Source: Chiloscyllium plagiosum (taxonomy: Eukaryota). Taken from it: a DNA stretch of 63,101 nt. Location of the stretch: the NCBI RefSeq assembly GCF_004010195.1, contig NC_057719.1, positions 5,327,928 through 5,391,028 of the forward strand, written 5' to 3'. The position numbers and the translations under genes are program-made. A model generated the notes under the pieces. It was not told where the DNA came from. It worked only from the letters and a program-made list of their open reading frames with translations, and ran no database searches. Positions 49,701-61,000 of this stretch are shown in pieces; the stretch's first letter is position 1; each line of letters opens with the position of its first letter.

Positions 49701-52700
49701 TTAATACATAGGCACAAAATCAGAAATTGTGGAAAAACTCAGCAAGTCTGGTAGCTTCTATACAGAAAAAGCAGAGATAACATTTTGCACCCAATGACCC
49801 TTCTTCAGACCCTTCCCAGCAAGTTCTAATTTTGTTTCTGATTTCCAGCAGTTCTTTGTTTGTTTATTAACAAATACAGCCATCTTCTTTGTGAACAGAA
49901 AGAACATGTACATTGACTGCACCTGTTTTAACTCAGTGTAAAGCTAATAGACATTCTCTGGGTCATTTCCCAGGGCAGTGTCTTGACCACAGTCACTTTG
50001 CCTTGTTTAAAACGTAAACAAAACATGGCAGTTGGCTATCAGTCATCATCTAACTGGTGCATTTGTCATGGCAGTGCCACTACCAATCAAAATACACTTG
50101 TCAACCAATCAGCATTCTCCAGTCACAAAATACAAATGTTGTTTCCCTTTATATTGGTATTTCTTATGAACTGCCTTGATGCGTACAATTAAGAGAAGTT
50201 TTGACAATGTGTAGCAATTGTCTTATACATTACTGGTCTGGGCCTGTGCATTAATAGTCTAGTAACATCAACTGTTCTACTAGTCTCTCCTATCTAACAT
50301 CATGAGCAACAAGGACTAATTAATTTAACATAAAGTGTGAGAAAGAACAATCTTTAACCCTACCTTGAAAGCACTGATGTTGCGTCCTTGTTCAATGTTT
50401 CTTACTGGAATGTCAGCCTCGAGGAGAGCGCTCTCAAAGGAAAAGCTGCATCCCAGGTAAAATGTAACCATGTCCTTTAACTGCTCAGTGTATTCTACAA
50501 GGCTGCTCAGATTGCCTGCGATGTTTCCTCTCTCATATTTGATGTACTGTGGGCAATCAGTTCTAAAGCCAAATTGTAATGTTAGAGTTTATTTCAATAT
50601 TTTTGTTTCAAGTAGTCCTATTAAATGAATTAAATTAGTAGGTGGATTGCTCTGGGAAGGGTTGAGGCTCCAATACAAAACAACAACTTTGAAAAGAGCA
50701 ACAAAGTCATTGAGTTAAGTCATTAGTGAGGACACAGGTATAGCAATAGCCTTTTCAGTCCCTTAAACCTATATCATTAGTCGACTGGATCATGACTGTT
50801 CCATACCGTAACTCCATTTACCCTTTAGTTCCACATCCCTGGATAATCTGACAGAAGAACATGGATCAGTCACAGTATTGATTTGCTTTAATAACTCTTT
50901 GGGGTAGATTTTTCCACAATTTTTCCAGAAATGCATATTAACTCTTGAATGGTTTATCTCTGAATTTAAATTTATATTCTGTCACTTGGATTCTAGCACC
51001 AGATCTAATAGATTCTATCGAACTCATCAACTTCTCTAATCACCTTAGCAATTCAATTAGATCAACCCTCCATCCTCTGTATTGAATTAATGTTCAGGTC
51101 AATATAGCTTTTGGTTTTAAGAGCCTGCACTCTCGAGGAAGAACATGAAAAAGGATAGAAACTCAATCTTGCCCAGGGTGTTAGAAGGATGGAGTTCAGA
51201 TTTTGACTTAACAGCATTCACTACTCACAATGTCCTCTCCCTTACATTGTCAAGACAAAATGTAGACTGGAGGACCACTTTGCAGAACACCTCTGTTGTC
51301 CATAGGAATGACCCGGACCTCCCAGTTGCTCGCTATCTCAATAATCCACCTTGCTATCATGTTAACATGGGCTTGCTGTGATGTTCAAATGAAGATCAGC
51401 ACCTCATTTTCCACTTAGGAACTCTGCAGCCTCGAGGTCTCAGCAGTGAATGCCATAACTTTCAAAACTGACCACATTATGTCTGCTCTCTATTTTTCTT
51501 ACATTTCACCCCTCCCCTCCACTTACCCCCAACCGTTACCCAGCCCTATCTTGCTTGTGTCTTGTTTTCTTCATTCTTTTTAGGAAGAGCCTATTTGCTC
51601 TCTTTCACACCTTAGCTGACACCCATTTTACATCTTTTTCTCTTTTACCATCATCAACAACCCTATTATCTTTTGTCCTGGGCCTCTCCGCCATCTGCTT
51701 CCTTGCACCTCCTCCACTTCTGTCAAAAGTATATAAAAAGAAACATTTCCCAACATCTTTTAGTTCTAAAGAAGAGTTATACTGGGCTCAAAACACTAAA
51801 TCTGTTTTCTCTCTCCATGGATGCTGCTAGATCTACTGCATCTCAGACACCCAGCAACCACAGTATATTGCTTTAATTCAGTTTATAGTTACATAATTTC
51901 TTTGGTGTTGCAAATTATTTGAGAAATATCCCATAGCCAATTCAACAATAACTTATCTTTCAAATTTATTGATGCTTATTTTAGTGTATTTGACACAACA
52001 TTTAATCACTAATAACTTTACTTGATTGTTATTTCTTTAAAAAAAACCTCAATGCTTGATGAGGGGTATATTGACTCCAAAAGGGTAAAGTATCATTTTA
52101 GGCTTGTCAGAAAAGCTGAACTGCATAGGTTAAAAAGAACATTGGCAGCATGGATATAATACTGGGGTCGTGGTAAACCTCTGCTTTCCAGACCTCAGAA
52201 AGGTATACAGTGAGATATCCCCAGGTTAGTACATGGTATTGTTGCTTTGCTTGACGAACATTACACACTTATATTAGTGCAAACAGGCTATCATTTTAAA
52301 ATACAGGCGATAAAACTTTAGAGTACTGTGAACTGTGAGGAGGCTGGTGATAAATGGGAAGTGGGCATAAGCTAAGGGAATGAGCAAACCTGTATTCTTT
52401 ATGTGTGTTATCAACTGAGCCATGGCTGATTTTGAATGCTGGATCTCCTGATATCTTAAGTGGCTGAACCTTTGGCCTGACATTTTAAATAAATAACAAT
52501 ATTCTCCTTTGACTGGAGTTCTTAACTGATTTAGGGTCAAACTCCAATGATACTGCCAGCTAAATCAACTGACTATTCTTTAGTAGTTTGTCTGAAAAAA
52601 GTAAAGGAATCAAACATTAAAAAATTCTTTAATCCCAGATTAATGTGTCTGGTTTTTGGAATTTGTCATGAGGACTTAAATGTGAAATCCTTTTACTGTT

Positions 52701-53752
52701 TATAAGTCACTATAAATTACCCACCTATGTTAATGTAGATTGAATTGCAAGAAACAATCAGAGAGTTTAATTACAGGTTAATATACCACTGATTTATCTC
52801 AGTTTAGACTAAGGAAGGTTCCAGTAGCTTTTTCCCTTTCGCCCTGATTTTTTTTCTGTTATTTTCCTGAAGGTGATCAACTATGGTTAGTTTATAATTT
52901 CAGAGGGGCTGAGCACATTCCCAAACTGCATTTTTGTGAGCCTGTTAGTGTTGGTTGGCTACTAGACTTTGAAAGGCATCACAACTGGCCATATTACCAT
53001 CCCTATTCCCTTCCAGCAGGAGTCACCAAATTAAGATTATGAGCAGCAATCTCGGCAGTTTTTCTTTGGAAAAGCTTTCCTGCCTGTCTCTTCCTGACCT
53101 GGGACATAATGTTATTTGAAATACTCCAATTTCTATCCAAGGCTGAAATCAGCTGACTGGGCCAGGTCCTTCTGGTTGGCATGGTTCAGGGCTGTATTGG
53201 GTGATGACATCCATTTATCAGTAATGTCTTGGAGGGAAATTATTGATCTGTTGCTAACATGTCAAAATACCTGCATTTTGGTATTGTAGATCCACAATTA
53301 CTAAATACCTGAGTGGCTACTTTCAGGGAGCTATGGACTTGAACCCCAAGATCCCTTTGTACATCAATGTTGTTCAGGGTTCTGCCATTTCTGCCATGTA
53401 TTCTAAAAGGCATTAAGTGGACAAGTCACCAGGTCCAGATGGAATCTATCCAGGTTACTGAGTGAAGCAAAAGAGGAAATATCTGGAGCTTCAACAGATA
53501 TCCTTGGGTCAAACACAACAGATTATTTATTACCAAATTGGAGTCAAGTCCAAACACTTTAGACTAGGGAAATACAGACAAGGTGTTTATGAATCTACCT
53601 GATATCAGAACTGGTGCTGAGTGGTGGAGAACTCCACTCGCCAGGTTTACTCCTGTACAGTAATGGTAGTGGTCCGCTATTTGCCAAGCAAAATTGCTCG
53701 AAGTCATCAGCAAATTTCTTGTCCAATATCACAATGTTGGCTTGCTTGAAAC
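9571..53752 (-). CDS. DGLUCY: D-glutamate cyclase, mitochondrial (5'-partial, 11 coding exons in window)
   Basis: Spliced translation matches vertebrate DGLUCY motifs ([87 protein letters not shown]). All junctions are GT-AG with matching phases; total 1775 nt. Confidence 0.96.
10195..10490 (-). mobile_element. HE1-like tRNA-derived SINE
   Basis: Head tggcacagtggttagcagtgctg...ggttcaatttcc (A/B-box-like) on the minus strand; LINE-like tail. Confidence 0.85.
12538..12689 (-). CDS. DGLUCY: DGLUCY exon: (G)[50 protein letters not shown]
   Basis: 152 nt; TAG acceptor, GTAAGT donor; translated by hand. Confidence 0.94.
13538..13768 (-). mobile_element. Penelope-like fragment with TSD
   Basis: agacccagagtc duplicated on both sides; hammerhead motif at 13600-13627 (minus). 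Confidence 0.7.
14206..15175. mobile_element. Penelope-like element, inverted (tail-to-tail) structure with GIY-YIG remnant
   Basis: [13 protein letters not shown]...HL on plus; [22 protein letters not shown] on both strands; reverse-complementary termini. Confidence 0.8.
16076..16356 (-). mobile_element. HE1-like SINE
   Basis: Head gggcggcacggtggcacagtggttagcactgctgcctcacag on the minus strand. Confidence 0.85.
18190..18790 (-). mobile_element. CR1-like LINE fragment
   Basis: ORF 18539-18736: [35 protein letters not shown]. Confidence 0.8.
18800..19765 (-). mobile_element. Decayed coding-like repeat, possibly a Harbinger-type accessory ORF remnant
   Basis: Minus peptide [33 protein letters not shown]. 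Family assignment is a recollection only; no catalytic motif seen. Confidence 0.3.
19770..22590 (-). pseudogene. Candidate endogenous parvoviral element: decayed VP capsid gene, possibly with the NS/Rep C-terminal tip; split by a Penelope insertion at ~20733-21477
   Basis: Frameshifted minus-strand peptides in capsid order: [109 protein letters not shown]. Confidence 0.68.
20733..21477 (-). mobile_element. Penelope-like 3' fragment inserted in the parvovirus-like sequence
   Basis: Terminal repeat (ctgcagatgctgg...gcagcatctg), hammerhead-like motif at 20838-20875, GIY-YIG-like remnant near 21330-21450; candidate TSD ttggagg at 20726-20732 and 21478-21484. Confidence 0.7.
22600..26247 (+). mobile_element. 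CR1 LINE retaining ORF1 (zinc finger, coiled coil, SGNH-esterase-like) and a deleted ORF2
   Basis: [40 protein letters not shown]; endonuclease [31 protein letters not shown]; 3' tail near 26240. Confidence 0.85.
24338..24995. mobile_element. Penelope-like fragments nested in CR1
   Basis: Minus [33 protein letters not shown]; second-family terminal repeat at 24870-24990. Confidence 0.7.
26825..27555 (+). mobile_element. Penelope-like 3' fragment (GIY-YIG)
   Basis: [29 protein letters not shown]...KHL followed by a terminal repeat. Confidence 0.8.
27801..27920 (-). CDS. DGLUCY: DGLUCY exon: (G)[39 protein letters not shown]
   Basis: 120 nt; TAG acceptor, GTGAGT donor. Confidence 0.95.
28336..29091. 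mobile_element. Non-autonomous inverted Penelope-like element with a nested second-family insertion (28386-28545)
   Basis: Arms 28548-28655 and 28983-29091 are reverse complements; 15-bp TSD caaagttaaaaatca around the nested insert. Confidence 0.75.
31461..31609 (-). CDS. DGLUCY: DGLUCY exon: [49 protein letters not shown]
   Basis: 149 nt; within ORF 31435-31629; AG/GT boundaries. Confidence 0.95.
31682..31707. repeat. (AC)n microsatellite in a 144-nt intron
   Basis: Seen directly. Confidence 0.95.
31754..31853 (-). CDS. DGLUCY: DGLUCY exon: (G)[32 protein letters not shown](R)
   Basis: 100 nt; tttttTAG acceptor, GTAAA donor; phases 1 and 2 fit the neighbouring exons. Confidence 0.92.
32435..32695 (-). 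CDS. DGLUCY: DGLUCY exon: (G)NRGIKHLL...[22 protein letters not shown]...EEAVEQ
   Basis: 261 nt; within ORF 32406-32717; AG/GT boundaries. Confidence 0.95.
33608..33814 (+). mobile_element. Solo LTR related to the Gypsy-like element at 57283-63101
   Basis: Shares aatcagggagccctgg.tgacagatataaacag and catgtgt-aaataaagggtgactt...gttatt.ca with the reverse complement of 57283-57516. Confidence 0.75.
34748..34954 (-). CDS. DGLUCY: DGLUCY exon: (K)[18 protein letters not shown]...[12 protein letters not shown]...IQQDP
   Basis: 207 nt; polypyrimidine tract plus CAG acceptor, GTAGG donor. Confidence 0.94.
36874..38270. mobile_element. ~1.4 kb imperfect palindrome: inverted Penelope-like arms with a (GT)/(CA)-rich core
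   Basis: 36920-37400 is the reverse complement of 37800-38270; GT-rich 37410-37600 faces CA-rich 37610-37790. Confidence 0.8.
38345..38676 (-). mobile_element. HE1-like SINE
   Basis: Head gggcaacacggtggctcagtggttagcgct... on the minus strand. Confidence 0.85.
40550..40672 (-). CDS. DGLUCY: DGLUCY exon: (G)[40 protein letters not shown]
   Basis: 123 nt; CAG acceptor, GTAAG donor; PVFWP motif. Confidence 0.94.
41410..44250 (-). mobile_element. CR1-like LINE ORF2 (endonuclease to C-terminus), decayed
   Basis: [70 protein letters not shown]. Confidence 0.88.
42261..42463. mobile_element. Fold-back Penelope-like terminal-repeat insertion with 15-bp TSD
   Basis: taaatctttgtgcag at 42246-42260 and 42464-42478; ~70-bp near-perfect inverted arms. 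Confidence 0.85.
44590..45750 (-). mobile_element. Decayed LINE fragment (second family; related pieces near 3040-3500 and 35410-35960)
   Basis: Shared sequence atttattgccca..gcccttgag..ggtg..gagctgccttcttgaa; RT-like remnants on the minus strand. Confidence 0.55.
46777..48562. mobile_element. Penelope-like element with RT and an inverted 5' segment, spanning the gap
   Basis: Plus: [43 protein letters not shown]; minus: ..[13 protein letters not shown]; terminal repeat at 48470-48562. Confidence 0.85.
47342..48325. other. Assembly gap (984 N)
   Basis: Run of N. Confidence 1.
49058..49208 (-). CDS. DGLUCY: DGLUCY exon: [50 protein letters not shown]
   Basis: 151 nt; CAG acceptor, GTAAG donor; lies within ORF 49017-49316. 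Confidence 0.94.
50364..50562 (-). CDS. DGLUCY: DGLUCY exon: [12 protein letters not shown]...[37 protein letters not shown]
   Basis: 199 nt; AG/GT boundaries; LGCSFSFE motif. Not in the ORF track; translated by hand. Confidence 0.93.
51210..51850 (+). mobile_element. Old Penelope-like 3' fragment
   Basis: [11 protein letters not shown]..; [18 protein letters not shown] remnant; degenerate terminal repeat near 51765-51830. Confidence 0.55.
53599..53752 (-). CDS. DGLUCY: DGLUCY exon (first visible): (G)[50 protein letters not shown](R)
   Basis: 154 nt; acceptor ...ttcacaaaAG, donor GTAG; phase 2 end joins the next exon (R-TDCPQY). The acceptor position is the least certain boundary. Confidence 0.88.
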
Positions 53753-53889
53753 CTTTTGTGAATAAAGATGAGGAATTATCTCCAACAGCCAAACCTTCCA
53801 AAATACCAAGTAAGCAGCAAACTTGCTGGACTGAATTTTCTCATAAGCAGCAAACAAATTGCACCAGTTAAACTGGCATCTGTTGAAAG

Positions 53890-55960
53890 AACATAGAACA
53901 TAAGCACAGGAATGGGCCTTTCGTCCCATGGTGTTGTGCCGAACATGACGCCTAATTAAACTAATCCCTTTTGCCTGTCTTTGGGCCATATCTCTCCATT
54001 CCTTGTATATTTATGTGCTTATCTAAAAGTCCCTTAAAAAAATTCTGACCGTCAACCCTATGAACACATCTTATCATTTTATAGATTTCTTTCAAGTCTT
54101 CTCTCAGCTCCACCACTCCAGAGAAATCAACCTGTTTTTCTAGCCTCTCCTTATAGCTAATATCCCCTAATCCAGGCATCCCAGTAAACCTCTTCTGCAC
54201 CCTCTCCAAAGCCTCCATATCCTACCTGTAATGTGATGTCAAATTTAAATACAATACTCTTGAATGTGTCCTAACCAAAATCTTATAAAGTTGCAACATG
54301 ACATCCTGGCTCTTGTACTCAGTTCCCCGACCAATAAAGGCAAGCACAACATATGCCTTCCTTGCCATCCTATTTACTTGAGTGGCTACTTTCAGGGAGT
54401 TATGAACTTGAACCCCAAGATCCCTTTGTACATCAATGCTATTGAGAGTCCTGCCATTTCTGCCATGTGTTCTAAAAGGCATTAAGGTGGACAAGTCCCC
54501 AGGTTCGGATGGGATCTATCCAGGTTACTGAGGGAAGCAAGAGAGAAAATAGCTGGGGCTTTAACAGATATATTTGCAGCATCCCTGAACACGGGTGAGG
54601 TCCCAGAGGACTGGACAATTGCTAATGTTGTGCGTTTGTTTAAGTAGGGTAGCAGGGATAATCCAGGTAATTACAGACTTCTGAGCGCGACATCAGTGGT
54701 AGGGAAGTTGCTGGAGAAGATACTAAGGGATAGGATATATAACGATTTGGAAGAAAATGGGCTTATCAGTGATAGGCAGCATGGTTTAGGTGTCATATAC
54801 ATGGTCTTTAGTAAGGCTTTTGATAAAGTCCCCCATGGTAGGCTGATGAAGAAGGTGAAGTTGCATGGGGTACAAGGTGTTCAAGCTAGATGGATAGAGA
54901 ACTAGTTGGACAATAGGAGACAGAGAGTAGTAGTGGAAGGGAGCTTCTCAAAATGGAGACCTATGCCAGTAGTGTCTCACAGGGATCCGTGCTGGAAGCA
55001 CTGTTGTTTGTGATATACATGAAATGATTTGGAGGAAGGTATAGGTTGCCTCATTAGCAAGTTTGCAGATGACACTAAAATTGGTGGAGCCGATACTGAA
55101 GGGGACTATCAGAGAATACAGCAGAATCTAGATAGATTGGAGAGTTGGGCAGAGAAATGGCAGATGGAGTTCAATTTGGACAAATGCGAGGTGATGCATT
55201 TTGGAATATGCAATTCAAGAACGAACTATACAGTAAAGGGAAAAGTCCTGGGGAAAATTGATGTATAGAGAGATCTGGTTTTCAGGTCCATTGTTCCCTG
55301 AAGGTGGCAATGCAGGTCAGTACAGTGGTCAAGAAAGCACACGACATGCTTTCCTTCATCGTACGGGGTATTGAGTAAATGAGTTGGCAGGTCATGTTAC
55401 AGTTGGATCAGACTTTGATTCGGCCACATTTGGAATACTGCATACAGTTCTGGTTGCCATATTACGAAAAGGATGTGGATGCTTTGGAGAGGGTGCAGAG
55501 GAGGTTCACCAGGATGTTGCCTGGTATGGAGGATGCTAGCTATGAGGAGAGGTTGAATATATTAGGTTAATTTTCATTGGAAAGGAGGAGATTGGGGGGT
55601 CCTGATTGAGAGGTGGACAGGGTGGATAGCAAGAAACTTTTTCCCAGAGTAGAGGACATAATTACGAGGGGCCACGAGTTCAAAGTGAGAGGGGAAAAAG
55701 TTTAGGGGAGATATGAGTGGAAAGTTCTTCACGCAGAAGCTGGTTAGTGCCTGGAATGTATTGCCAGTGGAGGTGGTCGGGATAGGAACAATAGCATCAT
55801 TTAAGATGTATCCAGACAAATATATGAATGGGCAAGGAGCAAAGGGATATAGATCCTTAGAAAATAGGTGGCAGGTTTAGATAGAAGATCTGGATTGGCA
55901 CAGGCTTAGAGGGCTGAAGGGCCTGTTCCTGTGTTGTGAGGTTCTTTGTTCTTTGTTGTA
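53890..55960. mobile_element. Two CR1-like LINE fragments head-to-head (minus 53890-54468, plus 54469-55960)
   Basis: CR1 motifs on both strands ([35 protein letters not shown]); a 3' tail at each outer end. Confidence 0.8.
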
Positions 55961-57282
55961 TTAACTGTATACTTTTACTTAACATTTAATTTCCCAAAGG
56001 GTAGCATCTCACACTTACCAGGATTATATTCTAATGAGCTGCATAACTAAAGTAGAGAGGATTCTCAGGTATATCAACAAAAATGATCACAGCTGGGAAG
56101 ATGTGGTTAATTAAAGAGGTTGTAAGGCAGGAGAGAAATATAATAAAATGGAAATGATAAACAGGCCATGACAGAAAGGGACAGAGAGCACATCTATGAG
56201 TCAATCAACAAATAAGACTAGAAGTTACAAACATAATAAAGAAGAAAACCAAAGGCTCTCCATCAAAATGCACACAGCATTTGAAATAACACAGATGAAT
56301 AGGTGCTTGTTTCCATTTACTCTACGTACAATCTTATATCATTACTGAGATATGGTTACAGGATACCATACATTGGAACCTGAATATTGAAGAGTATACA
56401 TCATTTACAAAGTTAGGAAGCTAGAAAAAGGAGAATGTGTGACTCTGTTGATTAATGATGGTATTAACACAATCAAGAGAGATTATCGAAGTTCCGGAAA
56501 CCAGGGGATAGAAACATATTGGATAGAGATGAGAAACAATTCGTACCTTCTTGACATTTTTAAAAGAAGTAAGTAATTCAGTCCTCAAACTCACCCTGCC
56601 ATTCAATAAGATCATGGCTGATCTGACTGCAGCCTACACTCATATTTGCTGTTTTACAGATGGATAAAAAAAAGCTGCAGGAATCAGTAAAACTAAAAAC
56701 TGCAAGGTGAAAATGATGACTTGCAGGAAAGCAACATCCCACATTATGCAATGTTTCAGACAAGGAAAATGTTGCAGGAAGATCCAATTCTGCAACTGTT
56801 TACCCGAGATATTGATTTATAGACTGACTATGAAATGGACCTCTCCCTGATTTAGATACAATTAAAACATATCAAGCAGAAATCTGTGATGCTGTAACTA
56901 TTATCTTACAAAACAAAATAGATAATCCTGTGGATGTAATTGATAATGTTTCTCTATTGTTCTGCCTCTCTGTTGTAATGAGATGAAGTCGACATACAAT
57001 ATCACACAAGATGGAGCAAGGAAAGAGGTGGGCATAAGTCCCCCAAGCGCAGTTATAAGAGTATTCACAATCATGAACCCTTTCTGCAATTGAAGTTAAA
57101 GCCTCCTGTGAAAACTGGATTGTATTAACATAGGGTTCCCCTGACTCTTATATTGACAGCATTTCTCATTTTCATGTCAGGTCAGTATCAAAACCAGGAA
57201 TAGCACGCAAGCATCAGAGATTCAGAACTGGTTTAATCGAACGAGTTTAAAAAGTGAATTTAGCTGTGAATAATATGAACCT

Positions 57283-57516
57283 TGAAATAACTCCACAGAG
57301 ATAGGTATCTCATCAAGTCACCCTTTATTCACATGTGCATAGTACTTCATACTGGTCCGGCTTCCTTAGAGCCATCTTTCAGAGTGCTACAGAACTTATG
57401 ATATGTCTGTTTATATCTGTCATCCAGGGCTCCCTGATTTGACAGTGTAAACAATCCCAATCAGAGAACTCACATTCTATGAGTTGAAAATGGCTGATTT
57501 CATTACAATTAGGACA
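57283..57516 (-). repeat. 3' LTR
   Basis: Matches 62718-62770 plus 63081-63101; contains AATAAA on the minus strand; PPT-like agaaagggaagga at 57517-57529. Confidence 0.8.
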
Positions 57517-57754
57517 TCCTTCCCTTTCTAAGTCAGGGGATGTAGGCCTGTTCTTTTTCTTGTAGCCCTTCCTACAGCGTTATCACACCAGATCTGGTTC
57601 CTTCAACTCAGCCTCAGATACAGGCCACATGTACCAGATTGGAGCCTGTCTCTAGAGCCTGGTGCGTCTTGGAAGAAATTCATCCTCTTTTTCAGGTAAT
57701 AAAGGCAGAGAGGCTGTGATATCCACTGTGTCCATCTCATACTCGGAGGTTTAT

Positions 57755-58076
57755 GGGCAGCACGGTGGCACAGTGGTTAGCACTGCTGCCTCACAGCGCC
57801 AGAGACCCGGGTTCATTTCCCGCCTCAGGCGACTGACTGTGTGGAGTTTGCACGTTCTCCCCGTGTCTGCGTGGGTTTCCTCCGGGTGCTCCGGTTTCCT
57901 CCCACAGTCCAAAGATGTGCAGGTCAGGTGAATTGGCCATGCTAAATTGCCCATAGTGTTAGGTAAGGGGTAAATGTAGGGGTATGGGTGGGTTGCGCTT
58001 CGGCGGGTCGGTGTGGACTTGTTGGGCCGAAGGGCCTGTTTCCACACTGTAATGTAATGTAATGTAATGTAATGTT
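57755..58076 (+). mobile_element. Full-length, young-looking HE1-like SINE with (TGTAA)n tail
   Basis: tRNA-like head, CpGs retained, tail tgtaatgtaatgtaatgtaatgtaatg. Confidence 0.9.
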
Positions 58077-61000
58077 TCTTTGATGCTATCCCATGGGTTC
58101 CAACAGCCTTTCCGTCTGTTCTGAGCGGCTGCGTATGCTTTGTGCTCGCCCTGTTTACAAGTTTGCAGCTTTCATGTGGCCCATATGCTTGTTCAGGAAC
58201 ACCTGATCTACCAGAACTTTGTATGTCATGAAATCATGTCACCATACCTTTTATCCACACAGTGCTATTCTATGGTTTCAGCACCAAACCTCATCCTGAA
58301 CTAAATTATTTCTCTCACTCAGAGGGATCTTGCATCTGGCATTGGTGTTCCTGATGCCATTTCACCTTTTCCCCCACCCAGGTTCAGGAAGATCAGATTT
58401 AACTTGGTCCATTATCAACTCTACGAAAGCTATCCCTGTAGTTGCATGATGGGTGGTCTGATAATCAAATAGGAACCGGGACAGTTTGTATCAAGTGAAG
58501 CTGTAAACTGTTTCTTATTTCTGCCTTCAAACTTTGGACTGCTCTTTCCACCAGATCATCAGGCTATGGATTGTATGGAGCTGGTAAATGATGGCCTGTT
58601 GTCTGTGACCAACACTTCCAGGAGCATGTGTATTGCAAGTGAAGTTCACAGCTTTTCTATCACTGTCCCTTTGTTTGATGAATGAATTCTATGCATATCC
58701 AACCAATTTGAGTGGACAATGATGAAGAATGTTGAGCCATTAAGGGCCACTACAGTTGACATGTAACCAAGTCCAAGGTTTACCTGCTCATTCCCACGAA
58801 TGTAGGGAAACTGCTGGCAGTAACATCTGTCCTTATTGGCACTCTGGCCATTGCCCCACCAATGTGGCTATGTCTGCATCCAATCTTGGAAACCAACATC
58901 TTCATTTTGGACACCCTTGGATGAGCCTGGTGGAGTTCAGCCATTTGCTGGCATCGGCCTTTGCTTGGGACAATCACTCTTGCTGTCCACAATAAAATGC
59001 CATCCTCTACAGTGATCTGACCTCGCTGGGTGAAAAGGTTTTAATTCTGATTGTGATGGCCCTTTTGTTTCTCCCATCACCAACTGCTGTTTTAGTTTAG
59101 CCAAAACCAGATCTTTTTGAGTCCACAGCCTGATATTGTCAGAAGTGACCAGAACCGTGTCCAAAAGTATTAAAACCAAAGTGGAGTCTTCCAGCGGTGG
59201 CACCACCAGTGGCAGATGTGGCAGCTGGAGGCAGCTAATGGCATCTGCATTTGCTACTTGGCCTCCAGGACAGTTTCCAACTTGTAACTGTATGCACTTA
59301 GAATGAGAGCCCACTGCTGAACTCAACCTGAAGCAATCGGTGGTATGGCTTTGTACTCTTTGAGTAACCCTCGCCAGGGTTTGTGGTCTGTTACTATTAC
59401 AAATTTATATCCGTAAAGGTATTAGTAAAACTTTCTCATGCCAAAGATAACTTCCATATCTTCCTTCTTTATCTGGGTGTATTTGCACTCTATATCAATC
59501 AAAGTCTGGGAAGCAAACACTATTGGGTGTTCCTCTTTATTGGGCCATCTGTGAGTCAACACTACAGTGATACCGCATGGGAGGCATTGCATGTCTTGCT
59601 TGGGATCATAATGTGTTAACACCTTAGATGATGATAGCTGCTTCTTCACTTCCCTAAAGGTTATATCTTGGCTATGAGATCATTTCCAAGGCTAACCATT
59701 TTTCAATAGCAGTTACAAGGATGCCAGGATGGAGGCCAGGTTACATATGAACATTCCATAATAATTCACCAATCCATGGAAAGACCTAAGTTCCAGTTGA
59801 GATGTGGGAGCTGGGGCATGTTTGATCACCGCCACTTTATCTTCCAATGGGTATGACCCGTCTTATCGACTCTGTAGTCCAAGCAAGTTCCTTCTGGTGC
59901 CTGGTGTCTCTTCTATGGCATATGCCTGCCTGGGAGAAACATCTAAGGACTATATCCAAGTTCTCTAAATGCTCTTTATTGTATTCCCAGTCATTAGCAT
60001 GCCTTCCAGATAAATGGCAAGCTGTGGTAGGCCTTGTAAAATGTTCTCCATTGTCCGCTAAAAAAAGGCACAGGCTGACAACACCCCAAATGGCTGTCTT
60101 GGAACAAATTCTTATAGATGTTAGTTCTAGTGTACTTCTGGGAATCCTCATCTAACCGCATTCACAGGTACGCATGGCTCAAGTCCAGTTTTGTGAAGGA
60201 CACATCCCACCCCTCCCAACTAGTTTTGCTTATAAATTGTCTGCGAAGGACTGGATATTTATTTAGTTGTGAGAAGCAGGGTACCATTTGTTTAAAATGC
60301 CCACAAAGGCAAACTGACCCATCAACCTTCATAATCGATACAATGGGTGCTGCCATTTCACAAACCGTATTGGTTTTATGATTCGTTTGCCTTCCACTTT
60401 CTGCTTTCTTCCTCTACTTTTCCCCATAAAGCATATGGCACAGGGCGGACCTTGCTGAATTGTGGAATATCTTTGTGGTCAACATGCAAGGTGGCTCCTT
60501 TGATAGTCCCTCGACCTTCCTGAAAAACCTCCAATTATTTAATTAGGACTTCACTCAGGCAGCCATTTTCTAATTGAAAAATGTTGAGCCATTTTCAACC
60601 AATTTCACCCTATCAGGTTTGGGCCTGAGCCTTTTACAACAATCAGTGGTAACTGAACCAACTGCTTCTCATACAAGACCGCAACCAAAGTTATACCCTT
60701 AATCTATAAACATTCCCAGCTACTGTATAGGTTTTCAGCCTAGTCAAAGTTTTATGCAAACTGAAGGGTTGGAATCCAGAGCAAATTTTGTTACAGACTG
60801 GTCCTTCGACACTCAAACTGCTGTGCTGGTATGAACCTTCATTTGAACTGAGTGATTATTTAACCAAATGTTTATTCTGATTTGGATGTTGCTAAGCAAC
60901 TTAACAGTTCCAAACCAAATGCAGGTGGACTTTCCAGGGTGTACACTTTCCTGGATACCAGCCTATGACTTTTCTTACTCAATTCAGGCCGAATGCGACT

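Noticed and set aside
53753..53801. ORF start MEGLAVGDNSSSLFTK as the DGLUCY N-terminus
   Set aside because: Starts at a non-ATG codon, has no recognisable homology, and precedes a plausible acceptor at 53753-53754; most likely intronic read-through.
56010..56025. Consensus donor CTG|GTAAGT on the minus strand as a missing upstream DGLUCY exon
   Set aside because: Sits in a CR1 remnant (NP.KCE..FG motif); no DGLUCY-like peptide upstream.
56650..56712. Possible plus-strand micro-exon (ttttacAG-ATGGATAAA...AAG-GTGA)
   Set aside because: No recognisable protein or partner exons; such signals occur by chance.
57755..57830. tRNA-like sequence
   Set aside because: SINE head, present in several copies with the same body and LINE-like tail; not a tRNA gene.
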